DNA of 64,000 nucleotides from Zootoca vivipara (Eukaryota). This document shows positions 38,500 through 47,609 of this stretch, one piece after another (the stretch's first letter is position 1; every line of letters begins with the position of its first letter). The stretch spans positions 28,334,001 through 28,398,000 of the forward strand of contig NC_083288.1 of assembly GCF_963506605.1 (NCBI RefSeq), read 5' to 3'. A program made the translations under genes and the position numbers. The notes under the pieces were generated by a model. That model saw only the letters and a list, made by a program, of their open reading frames with translations, made no database searches and was not told the DNA's origin.

Positions 38500-38815
38500 A
38501 AACCACAGAGCTTGCCGATCAGAAGGTCGGCGGTTTGAATCCCCGCAATAGGATGAGCTCCCATTTTTCGGTCCCTGCTCCTGCCAACCTAGCAGTTCAA
38601 AAGCATGTCAAAGTGCAAGTAGATAAATAGGTACCACTCCAGCAGGAAGGTAAATGGTGTTTCCATGTGTTACTCTGGTTCGCCAGAAGTGGCTTAGTCA
38701 TGCTGGCCACATGACCTAGTACGCTGGCTCCCTTAGCTAGGAAAGTGAGATGAGCGCTGCAACCCCAGAGTCGCCCACGACTGGACTTAACTGTCAGGGG
38801 TCCCTTTACCTTTAC
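38500..38815 (+). mobile_element. Sauria SINE (5' truncated)
   Basis: gccgatcagaaggtcggcgg...gggtccctttacctttac tail. Confidence 0.88.
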
Positions 38816-38921
38816 TTTCTGCACAACATTGCTAATTATAACTGTTGTTTCGTGGGTTTCTTAAAATCTCTTCCCTCTGCGGGGGGAGGAGATGTTGTGG
38901 GCCCACGAGTCCTTCACGTGC

Positions 38922-39029
38922 GGGGGGAATGGCTAGCATTCCCCCCAGCCCATTGGTTCCTTCCCTGCCGCGACGCTCCCTTGGCTCACCCAATCAGGAC
39001 GCTCCCTGGGGGCTTAGCGGTGTATTTAA
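38922..39029 (+). promoter_or_regulatory. Putative internal Pol II promoter of the YR element
   Basis: Perfect palindrome ggggggaatg-gctag-cattcccccc (38922-38946), ATTGG at 38952, CCAAT at 38989, TATTTAA at 39023-39029. Confidence 0.55.
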
Positions 39030-40505
39030 GGGAGCGCGCGGCAGGAAAACATCCTCTTGTATCCGGACCCGACCTGCTTTTGGACCTGGATCCTGCTTCG
39101 GTCAGCGTCTCTCAGCGCCGCTTCTTCGCCAGGAAGAAATCCGAGCTGCAAATCACTTAAACGGCGTTTTTAAACGCCAACTTTCTTTACAGGCTGCTTC
39201 CCAGGATCGCTCTTGCCGCCTCCGTAGCCGCCGGGCTTCTCGCGTCCTCGCTGCGCTCGGCGCCGGCCGGCAAGCCCACCCTCGCCCTGTCCGCGTGGCG
39301 ACTGGCTTCCGGGGACGCTGCAGCCACCTCCTCCGCCGCGGCGCCTCTCCATGAGGCGCCTAACAGCTGTTTCCCCCAGCCGCCGGTCTCGCGGCGCTCG
39401 GCGCGCCTGATTCACGCCAGTCCGGCTCTTCTCGTGGCTGGGAGCTCGCGGCCACCTTCTTCCCCCTCATTGCGCCTAACAGCTGTTTTTCTTCGGCGGC
39501 AGTAACGCAGCGCTCGGGGCACCCGATTCGTGGCTGACCGGCTCCCTAGCCGCAGCGGTCTACCGGCCAACTTCCGCGCTGGGGCGCCCCCTCACGAAGC
39601 GCCAAACAGCTCCTTGCCTTTATCGCCGGTCCTTCTGTGCTTGGGGCGTTTGAGCCACGGCCAGCCTGACATAACAACGCCCGCGATCCTGCTTCACAGC
39701 TTCGGTGGCAACGGTTACGCTCCCGCTCGCAGCTCCTGCTTCGGCAACGCTTCCTGCAGGTCAGTCGCCCGGGATCCCTTGGGGCCGCCCGGGCTAACAC
39801 CGCCATTTAAGGTTTCGTGTTTATTAGGGAATTCTGTCCTTGCTTTATTCCGGGGTCTCCTGTTGTGTGGTGGCTAATCTCTGCTTCTGACTTCCCTGTT
39901 GTTGGGCCGCCATTTTGTTTCTTGGGTTACCAGGGTAACGTGGGGGCCGCCATTTTGAGAGACCTCGTGTGCGGCGCCATTTTGAGCAAGGGGTTTCATT
40001 TCCTTGCTTTCTTTTGATCACGTTAGCTCGTTGTTTGTCTGCATCGCCTCCGGCTCATTGTTTCTTTGTTGCAATTTCCCTTTTTCCCCCCTTCTCGGAT
40101 TTCTAGTTTCTTTGTTGCAATTACCTTTTGCCCCCTTCTCGGATCTCTAGCTCTGAGCCGGTGTGATTTAACTTTTACCTTCTATTGGAGTCAGTAGCAG
40201 CTTCAAGCTGCAACAGTTGCATACAGACTTAGCCTCTGGTCAAGCAGCAGCCGGGTAGCTTGCCTTTGTTACAAGTTTCCTTTCCCATTTATTCTCAAAG
40301 CAAGGGCGGTGCCTTTTACACAGTAGCAGCCTGCCTGCAAGGTTCTGCTTCCCTTGTATTGCCTTGTCAGTTTATCTCTGTTGTTCTACTGTACAATTAG
40401 GCTTGCTTCGTTTCTTAAAGCAGTAATTTTGGTCACTTGGCTGAGTTAACAATATCAATATATATATAGCTATTTGTCTATAGAAGAAGGTGTTCATCTT
40501 GTTTC

Positions 40506-40650
40506 NNNNNNNNNNNNNNNNNNNNNNNNNNNNNNNNNNNNNNNNNNNNNNNNNNNNNNNNNNNNNNNNNNNNNNNNNNNNNNNNNNNNNNNNNNNNNNN
40601 NNNNNNNNNNNNNNNNNNNNNNNNNNNNNNNNNNNNNNNNNNNNNNNNNN
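40506..40650. other. Assembly gap inside the YR element leader
   Basis: Run of N. Confidence 1.
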
Positions 40651-40965
40651 ACGCAGTAAATTTACTGCCTGAGTTGGCATCAAATTGGTACTGTTACTGC
40701 CATTGCCCTTGTCTCATCTGCCTTCACCTCATCCGGGGCCATAAGCCGGGGTCCGTAGGGCGTTTATTTCACACTTTAATTAGTTATACATCTAGCTGGG
40801 GCCTTATCAGGCCAAGTTAATTTTCTGGCAATTTGCAGTTAGGGTTTGCTCAGGGCTTACTAAGACTTTTCGTTTGGCGCATTATACTGCTCTCCTGCCT
40901 CACTTTGCCTACAGTCAACTTTCATTCAGGATCCTCAGACGCCTCTTTCTCAATTATCAAGTGCA

Positions 40966-42462
40966 ATGGCCCCTAAACGCAAACAGAAGGAGTCCGCAGC
41001 AGCGCCCGCAAAAAGACGCCCTACGAATGGCAACAGCTCTTCCAGCACTCCTGCGTTTACCTCTATTTCTGTTTCACCCGAAGCTTTAGCTAGCTTATTC
41101 TCGGGCGTCCAGAGTTTCTTTCAACAGGTTTCTAGGCCGGGTGTCACCATTCAAGAAGTCCCCACGGAAGGGTCTCCTGACTTCATTGCCGAGACACCCA
41201 CGGCTGAAGCTGCGCACCCCGGGCCTTCATCGGCTATTCCCCAGGAACAGACTAGGCGTATGGAAACCAGGTCCCAATCTGCCGCTGCGGATGTGGCCCC
41301 TGCCGGTGCCAGGGACAAGACTCCTTCTCCCGCTGCGGGTAACACTTATATTTCCCAGCTGTCACCAGGTACCCCTGCTTGTCTGCGGACCCAGCCGCCT
41401 GATTCCCATAATAGGTCCAGGCGTCTCTCGTCGATTACATCCTATGATAGTGATGCCCAGGACCAGGCGAGAGCTACGCAGTCTCAACAGGACACCGCTC
41501 AGCAGGGCGACCAGGAGAAGGGGAAGACGAAGAAGACGGGTCTGAAGAAAACTAAGAAGACCAAGCACACGGAGCCGGAGGGTGACTCAGGTACTTCCTC
41601 TTCTAGTTCCGATGAGGATGAAGGAATTCTAGATGGGTACTGGGGCCAGGGGGAAGATCTGATTGGTTTGCCTCTTTGGGCACACGAGCGGAGGGCTAAC
41701 TCACACCGCAAAACCTTTAATGGCACATTGGAGTGGAAAAATGGGGCTTTGGTGGAAGATGTAAAAACTTCCACTTTTGTATCTTCTGACTTCATTATTG
41801 GGAATCATTTGTCTAGCAAGAAAAGGAATAAGATCCTGAATGGGGATTTTGTTGACATTTTTACCCTCTTGCCACCCGCAAAGTTAAAGGGAAAAGGGGA
41901 AAAGAAACACACATATGGAAAACGTAAATATAGGGAGCCTAGGGCAGAGTGCACCTTCGAAAATTGGTTGGACGGTTTCCAGGTATATATGGGTACCATA
42001 GTGGCTTGTTATCCAAAGAGGGCAATGCACCTCGTGGCCTATATGGCTCATGTGAGACGTGCTTACGAGTTGGCTGGGGAGGGACCGGCTCTCCTGTATG
42101 ATGAGGATTTTCGAAGGAACGCCTCCCTTTTGGCCACCACCCGTTGGGACCTGCGTGACCAGAACTTCTGGGGTGAGCACGTTAACCCTTACATTGAAAA
42201 GAAACACCCAGAGGCATCCCGATATGCAAAATTTGAACCAAAAAAACCAAGCCGCCGACTAGTGTGCTGGGAATTTAATAAGGGCACGTGCACCAGAGCA
42301 TTCTGCAAATATAGTCACGAGTGCGAGAGGTGCCAAGGGGCCCACCCAGCGTCCGCTTGCTTCAAGGGCCAGCAGTCCTTTCGTGGGGGTCGCGGGAACT
42401 TTCGGCAAGGCCCGAAAAGTGCAGCAGCCCAAGGACCTGGCCACACAGCCAACAGATACTAA
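40966..42462 (+). CDS. Gag-like ORF1 of the Ngaro-like element, 498 aa
   Basis: Basic NLS-like N-terminus, Ser/acidic tract, C-terminal CCCH plus CCHC-like fingers (CWEFNKGTCTRAFCKYSHECERCQGAHPASAC), RGG tail. Confidence 0.88.
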   Translation: MAPKRKQKESAAAPAKRRPTNGNSSSSTPAFTSISVSPEALASLFSGVQSFFQQVSRPGVTIQEVPTEGSPDFIAETPTAEAAHPGPSSAIPQEQTRRMETRSQSAAADVAPAGARDKTPSPAAGNTYISQLSPGTPACLRTQPPDSHNRSRRLSSITSYDSDAQDQARATQSQQDTAQQGDQEKGKTKKTGLKKTKKTKHTEPEGDSGTSSSSSDEDEGILDGYWGQGEDLIGLPLWAHERRANSHRKTFNGTLEWKNGALVEDVKTSTFVSSDFIIGNHLSSKKRNKILNGDFVDIFTLLPPAKLKGKGEKKHTYGKRKYREPRAECTFENWLDGFQVYMGTIVACYPKRAMHLVAYMAHVRRAYELAGEGPALLYDEDFRRNASLLATTRWDLRDQNFWGEHVNPYIEKKHPEASRYAKFEPKKPSRRLVCWEFNKGTCTRAFCKYSHECERCQGAHPASACFKGQQSFRGGRGNFRQGPKSAAAQGPGHTANRY

Positions 42463-44074
42463 TTTGTCCCTGTCCTTGGCGTTTTCTCCTATCAAACTCC
42501 TCCCTTTAAAATCATTATTACAACTATATCCCGATAGGCAAGCAGCAAAGTATTTGTGGGACGGATTTTCTTTGGGCTTCAGAATTCCAGTAGCAGTACC
42601 ACCAGTTTCGGGTGACCCACCAAATCAAAAGTCAGTACGGGACATGCCCGAGGTAGCCAGAAAGAAAATCAATAAGGAAATTAAAGCGAATAGAATAGCT
42701 GGCCCCTTTTCCTTCCCCCCGCTGCAGGACCTTCATGTTTCCCCACTGGGTGTTGTCCCTAAAAAGATCCCAGGTGAGTTTAGATTAATTCACAATTTAT
42801 CTCATCCCAAAGGCTCCTCAGTCAATGATGGTATCCCCCAGGAGCTTTGTACCGTTAAATACGCCTCCTTTGACCAGGCAATAAAGCTTATTAGGAAATT
42901 TGGCAGAGGCGCTTTATTGGCAAAATGTGATATTGAATCTGCATTCCGCTTGCTGCCAGTTCACCCTCACGACTTCAGGTGGCTGGGATTCAAGTTTGAG
43001 GGGGCGTATTACGTTGACAAAGCAATGCCCATGGGGTGTTCAGTAGCATGCTCAGCCTTTGAATCGTTCAGCACATTTTTGGATTGGGCACTCAGATTTA
43101 GAACAGGCCTCGAGGGCGTGACACATTACTTGGATGACTTCCTTTTCTGCGGGCGGGCTCTGAGTGCGGATTGTGCTTATCTCCTTGAAGCCTTCGCATC
43201 CCTGACCGCAGAGCTGGGCGTACCTTTGGCTGCAGAAAAAACTGAAGGACCGGCATCCACCATAACGTATTTGGGCATTGAGTTGGACACCGTTGCCCAA
43301 ACATCCCGATTACCCCCAGAAAAATTAGCGGCCCTTAAGCAAATTATTTCGGAGACACTTCCTCTCAGGAAAGTGACTCTGAAACAAATCCAATCCCTCC
43401 TGGGTCACCTTAATTTTGCCTGCAGAGTGGTGTCCCCAGGACGTCCCTTTTGCGCAAGGCTTGCTAGACTGTCAGCAGGACTGCGCGCGTCTCACCATAG
43501 GGTGCGCCTCAATAAAAGTGTAAAATCCGACCTGAAGGTTTGGTTACAGTTTTTAGAAAAATTCAACGGCATCTCTTTGTGGCAGGACACTTTGAGTTTA
43601 AGAGTAGATTTCCAGGTACACTCTGATGCTGCGGGTTCTCTGGGTTTTGGAGTATACTTTAAGGGCAGATGGTGCGCCCAGCACTGGCCTCCGCAATGGA
43701 AGAAGAAACCCCTCATTCGCGATCTAACATTTCTGGAATTTTTTCCCATAGTTGTAGCGGTTCATTTGTGGGCAGACGAGTTCAAGAACCATCGGGTATG
43801 CTTTTGGACCGATAACCAGGCTGTGGTCAACGTTCTCTCAAGACAATCTTCACGATCTCCCAGAGTGTCCGTTTTGCTGCGGGCCTTTGTGTTGCTCTGC
43901 TTGCAATTGAACATCTATTTCTCTGCCAAATTTGTACCCGGTGTTAATAATGATATCGCGGACGCTTTATCTCGTTTCCAGATGGACCGCTTCCGCTCTC
44001 TTGCTCCAGAGGCTCAGCAGTTGCCGGAGGCGTTCCCGGAACATCTATGGAATCTTGGGAACGAGACGTGCTAG
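42383..44074 (+). CDS. Reverse transcriptase-RNase H ORF2 (no ATG at 5' end)
   Basis: SPLGVVPKK, FRLIHNLS, AKCDIESAFRLLP, MPMG, YLDD, YLGI; RNase H SDA, EFFPI, TDN, NDIADALSR. Confidence 0.95.
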   Translation: MGVAGTFGKARKVQQPKDLATQPTDTNLSLSLAFSPIKLLPLKSLLQLYPDRQAAKYLWDGFSLGFRIPVAVPPVSGDPPNQKSVRDMPEVARKKINKEIKANRIAGPFSFPPLQDLHVSPLGVVPKKIPGEFRLIHNLSHPKGSSVNDGIPQELCTVKYASFDQAIKLIRKFGRGALLAKCDIESAFRLLPVHPHDFRWLGFKFEGAYYVDKAMPMGCSVACSAFESFSTFLDWALRFRTGLEGVTHYLDDFLFCGRALSADCAYLLEAFASLTAELGVPLAAEKTEGPASTITYLGIELDTVAQTSRLPPEKLAALKQIISETLPLRKVTLKQIQSLLGHLNFACRVVSPGRPFCARLARLSAGLRASHHRVRLNKSVKSDLKVWLQFLEKFNGISLWQDTLSLRVDFQVHSDAAGSLGFGVYFKGRWCAQHWPPQWKKKPLIRDLTFLEFFPIVVAVHLWADEFKNHRVCFWTDNQAVVNVLSRQSSRSPRVSVLLRAFVLLCLQLNIYFSAKFVPGVNNDIADALSRFQMDRFRSLAPEAQQLPEAFPEHLWNLGNETC

Positions 44075-44961
44075 AGGGAGTACTGGCGTCGGTTGCCCCC
44101 TCCACTCTTAACACCTATAAAAAGGCCTGGTCTGATTTCCGGTCCTTTCGCGTTAGGACCACGGGTTCAAATGGAGACACACCCCCCAGTAGGAGGGAGG
44201 TCCTAGCGTACTTAGCCGGTTTAAGGAGACTGGGCAGGGCACCCAGAACCTTGCACATTCAAACAGCCGCTATCTCCTTCTTTAGTAAGGCCAGCTATGC
44301 AACGGACCCTTGCGCGGATTTTCTGGTGCGCAAAGCTTTGGAGGGCTGGCGCAGGCTCCAGCCTCCGCGCAGGGATAATCGGAAACCCATTACTTTTGAA
44401 TTATTATTCCAAATTCACAAACAGCTCAGGAAGCTGTGCTGGTCAAAATATGAGGCAAGACTTTTCTCAGCAGCTTACTCTTTAGCCTTTTTCGGTGCGC
44501 TCAGGGTTGGTGAGGTGGTGTGCGAGGGATCCCCCGCCCAAACCGCCAAGGGTATCTTGTTATCTGACCTAACGTTGACAGAAAAGGAAGTGTTAATTCA
44601 CATCCGCCAATCAAAAACGGATCAACTGGGTAAGGGCACCTCGATGCGCTTGCCAGCTACAGGCCATTGCGGCCCCTGTCCCGTAAAGGACACTAGGCGT
44701 TTTCTCCATTTGAGGCCCGCCTCACCCGGTCCGTTTTTAATTCACCAGGACGGGTCCTGTTTAGCCCGCCACCAATTTACCCGCGTTATGCGCAGGGCTA
44801 TTGCTGCATGCGGTCTTCCTCCCTCTGATTTTGCAGCACATTCATTCCGTATTGGTGCTGCCACAACTGCGGTACATATGGGTTTGTCTGCAGAGAGAAT
44901 AAAAGATCTAGGCCGTTGGAAGTCCAAAGCGTACAAGGGGTACCTCCGATCTTCAAAATAA
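44047..44961 (+). CDS. Tyrosine recombinase ORF3, 304 aa
   Basis: Catalytic R (LRVGE), K (SKTDQ), H-x-x-R (HSFRIGAAT), GRW, Y (AYKGY); overlaps the end of ORF2. Confidence 0.95.
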   Translation: MESWERDVLEGVLASVAPSTLNTYKKAWSDFRSFRVRTTGSNGDTPPSRREVLAYLAGLRRLGRAPRTLHIQTAAISFFSKASYATDPCADFLVRKALEGWRRLQPPRRDNRKPITFELLFQIHKQLRKLCWSKYEARLFSAAYSLAFFGALRVGEVVCEGSPAQTAKGILLSDLTLTEKEVLIHIRQSKTDQLGKGTSMRLPATGHCGPCPVKDTRRFLHLRPASPGPFLIHQDGSCLARHQFTRVMRRAIAACGLPPSDFAAHSFRIGAATTAVHMGLSAERIKDLGRWKSKAYKGYLRSSK

Positions 44962-45022
44962 GCACTTCCGTTTTCGGCTGTTGGCTGACGTTCCCTTTAC
45001 GTTCCCTTTGTTTCCTTTGCAG

Positions 45023-45594
45023 AAAAACGCGTAAACATCTGGTTCATTGGTCATAGCATCGTGCATTGGGCCCGGGCTCGCGCTTATGATCGGAGAATGG
45101 GGCCCAGCCTAGGGTTGCCATCATGGGTTAGAGTGTCCTGGATCACGAGACGGGGTATGCGTTGGAATGAGTTCCTGCCAACCGTGAAGTCTAGAGCCGC
45201 TATGCTGGGCCCTCCCGATATTCTGGTGGTGCAGCTGGGCGAAAATGATTTGGCTTATCGCTCTGGCCAGGATTTAAAATGGACTATCTTTGCGGACTTT
45301 GATGGCCTGCTGGCGGATTTCCCCAACTTGACAATTTTTTGGTCCTCGCTGATGGAGAGGCGAGTTTGGCGCGACTGCTTTTCGCCCGCTGCTGTAAACA
45401 AAGCAAGGAAGTTTCTGGATATCGCTGTGGCCAGAAAGGTCTTGACCTTGAATGGACATTATATACCGCACCCGGACATTAGGTTCAATGAGCTTTCGTT
45501 ATACCGTGATGATGGCGTCCATCTTTCCGATGATGGGAATGACATTTGGATTTCTGATATACTAGGTGCTATTAGGAATTGGTTGCGACTGTAA
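45023..45594 (+). CDS. SGNH/GDSL hydrolase ORF4 (probable spliced terminal exon)
   Basis: Frame extends upstream of the listed GTG: KRVNIWFIGHSIV (block I Ser), RRG (block II), QLGENDL (block III), DGVH (block V); preceded by branch point, pyrimidine tract and CAG (45020-45022). Confidence 0.85.
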
Positions 45595-45925
45595 GGGTAT
45601 TGGCGGCGAACCCCTTTCGGGGCTCGATTGGCGGTAGGCATTGGATTATCTCAAGAAGGTACAGGTGCGGGGGGGGGGGGAGGTTGCTGCCATCACCTCC
45701 CCCAAATGCGAAGGGTACTCCCCTAAGGAGTCCGGGGCGTTGCCATGTCCGAAGCCGTGGTAGGTGAGGGCCTGAGGGCTCGCCCCTAATGGTGGCCCCA
45801 GGATGAGTTCCTAGTTGATGTGCATCGCAGGACTCATCCAACGGTGGTTAACCCTTCACAGACTGCCAGCAGAGCGGGCTGGAGTCAGATATAGTCGGTT
45901 AGATCCAATGCCTATGCCAATACCC
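45595..45925 (+). ncRNA. Large structured RNA element in the 3' UTR of the YR retrotransposon
   Basis: About ten mutually compatible nested helices, closed by gggtattggc/gccaataccc and taggcattggat/atccaatgccta. Confidence 0.7.
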
Positions 45926-45941
45926 CTCTACAGTCGTAATC

Positions 45942-46000
45942 AATAAAGTTGTGGCCTTTTCATGCCCATTAACCTTATATCCTGTGTCTGGTGTCTTTAT
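45942..46000 (+). terminator. Polyadenylation signal of the YR element
   Basis: AATAAA at 45942-45947 followed by GU-rich tgtgtctggtgtcttt. Confidence 0.65.
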
Positions 46001-46034
46001 TTCTCGCGGGGAGGACTCGGGGCATCGCCACACA

Positions 46035-46772
46035 ATAGTAGTCATTCAGTGACAACATCTTCATGATCACAGCAACAAGACAAGACTGACTCTGAGGACA
46101 GGGAAGCTACATTTATAGGGACAGGGGACTAGCTAGAAAGGGATACATTTTGGAGGGAACAATATCAGGCAATCACAGTGCTGCCTTTTGGAGGAAACCA
46201 ATAAGACAGAGGATCCAAATACAGCAGCTTAAATGAACCAATAGTAGCTGCACCTTCTGGAACCAAAAGGCACTTACTTTACCCTAAAGCAAATACAGAC
46301 AATAGTAATACAGATACAGTGGAACCTCGGTTTATGAACACCTCGGTTTACGAATTTTCGGTTTGCGAACGCCGCGGACCTATCTGGAACGGATTAATTC
46401 ACTTTCCATTACTTTCAATGGGAAAGTTTGCTTCAGTTTATGAACGCTTCAGTTTATGAACAGACTTCCGGAACCAATTACACCCATGCTTCGGGTTAAG
46501 TACGCTTCAGGTTGAGTACTCCGCGGACCCGTCTGGAACGGATTAATCCACTTTCCATTACTTTCAATGGGAAAGTTCGCTTCAGTTTATGAACGCTTCA
46601 GTTTAAGTACTCTGTGGACCGTCTGGAACAGATTAATCCACTTTCCATTACTTTCAATGGGAAAGTTCGCTTCAGTTTATGAACGCTTCAGTTTATGAAC
46701 AGACTTCTGGAACCAATTGTGTCCATAAACCGAGGTACCACTGTATAAAATCCTTTGACTCAATACACAACA
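46035..46772 (-). mobile_element. Probable LTR (U3-R part) interrupted by a MITE and by the YR element
   Basis: - strand begins TGTTGTGTATTG at 46772 and has several CCAAT boxes and TATAAAT (46111-46117); the possible 3' end ...AAACAACA lies at 38843-38890. Confidence 0.5.
46317..46743. mobile_element. Tc1/mariner-type MITE with internal ~90-bp triplication
   Basis: TA|cagtggaacctcggtttatg...cataaaccgaggtaccactg|TA; three copies of ggaac.gattaat.cactttccattactttcaatgggaaagtt.gcttcagtttatgaacg. Confidence 0.9.
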
Positions 46773-47609
46773 CCAACAGCCTCCAACAAGTGCCCCAAGT
46801 CATATTTTGCTAACTAAAGACAAGGAAGCAAACTCAAATGCTTCATGGAGTTTCAGTTGCCTGATTATTTTTGTTGCCCTTTTCTGCATACTTTTCAATC
46901 GTATGGAATCTGAAGGACCTCCTCCTATTGCCTTATCCTGCCTCAACCCTTTATCCTTCATCAGCATTATTCCCCTTCAGATTCTCTCCAAACACGCCCA
47001 TGTGTGCATATTATCTCAATTAGCTGGGTTCCTGTCTGACCATGGAATCTACATGTGGAAAGCTCTCCTCGGAAATGTTTGCTTGGTTCCAGGCCTGTTT
47101 TTTTTTCCCCTAGGCTCTGGCAAACATGTTTCAAAAATTGCACAGGACTTCTAGTTTGTTTCACAGATGGATTTAATTGTATCTTTATGACTTTTCCAGA
47201 GCTTTATCTGCTGCAAGTGTTCCCACCCCAGAACCTGTACAAACCATAGGTTATTTTTATATGCAACAATGTGTGAGAATTACCGTTAAGAGTACACCTA
47301 TGTCCTTTGGTGATGTTAAGCATTTTAATCAGGAGTCTTAAGTAGTTTTCAAAACTACTTTTATTGTTGTATTGTGTATTATTTCTTGGTTTTATATTTC
47401 TAAATTACACATCACCTTTGGAATCTTCCACTGTAGTTTATGCATTCACAAAAAATGTCCCCCCCCCCAGTGGCATGCTGAGTCCATGTTTTCTTCAAGA
47501 CATCTATCTCAACCATGATGGTAGATTATTTCCTGGTTAGTCACTGCCAGCTTAGGCCCCGTTGGTGTATATTGATGTTAGGGCTTTTTGCACTGATGTG
47601 CATGTGACC

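Larger units (their letters stand above)
38893..46034 (+). mobile_element. Tyrosine-recombinase retrotransposon (DIRS order, Ngaro-like), apparently intact
   Basis: Gag, RT-RNaseH, YR and SGNH ORFs without stops; no methyltransferase domain; CCAAT/TATA near 5' end; AATAAA at 45942; imperfect inverted termini (cgagtcct 38906-38913 / aggactcg 46012-46019). Ends approximate. Confidence 0.9.

Noticed and set aside
38750-39877. ORFs of 115-169 aa in the YR element 5' region as an extra gene
   Set aside because: Non-ATG or SINE-derived starts, cross the element boundary, GC-rich leader, no motifs.
46370-46710. Regularly spaced repeats reminiscent of a CRISPR array
   Set aside because: Eukaryotic context, no unique spacers or cas genes; internal triplication of a TA-flanked MITE.
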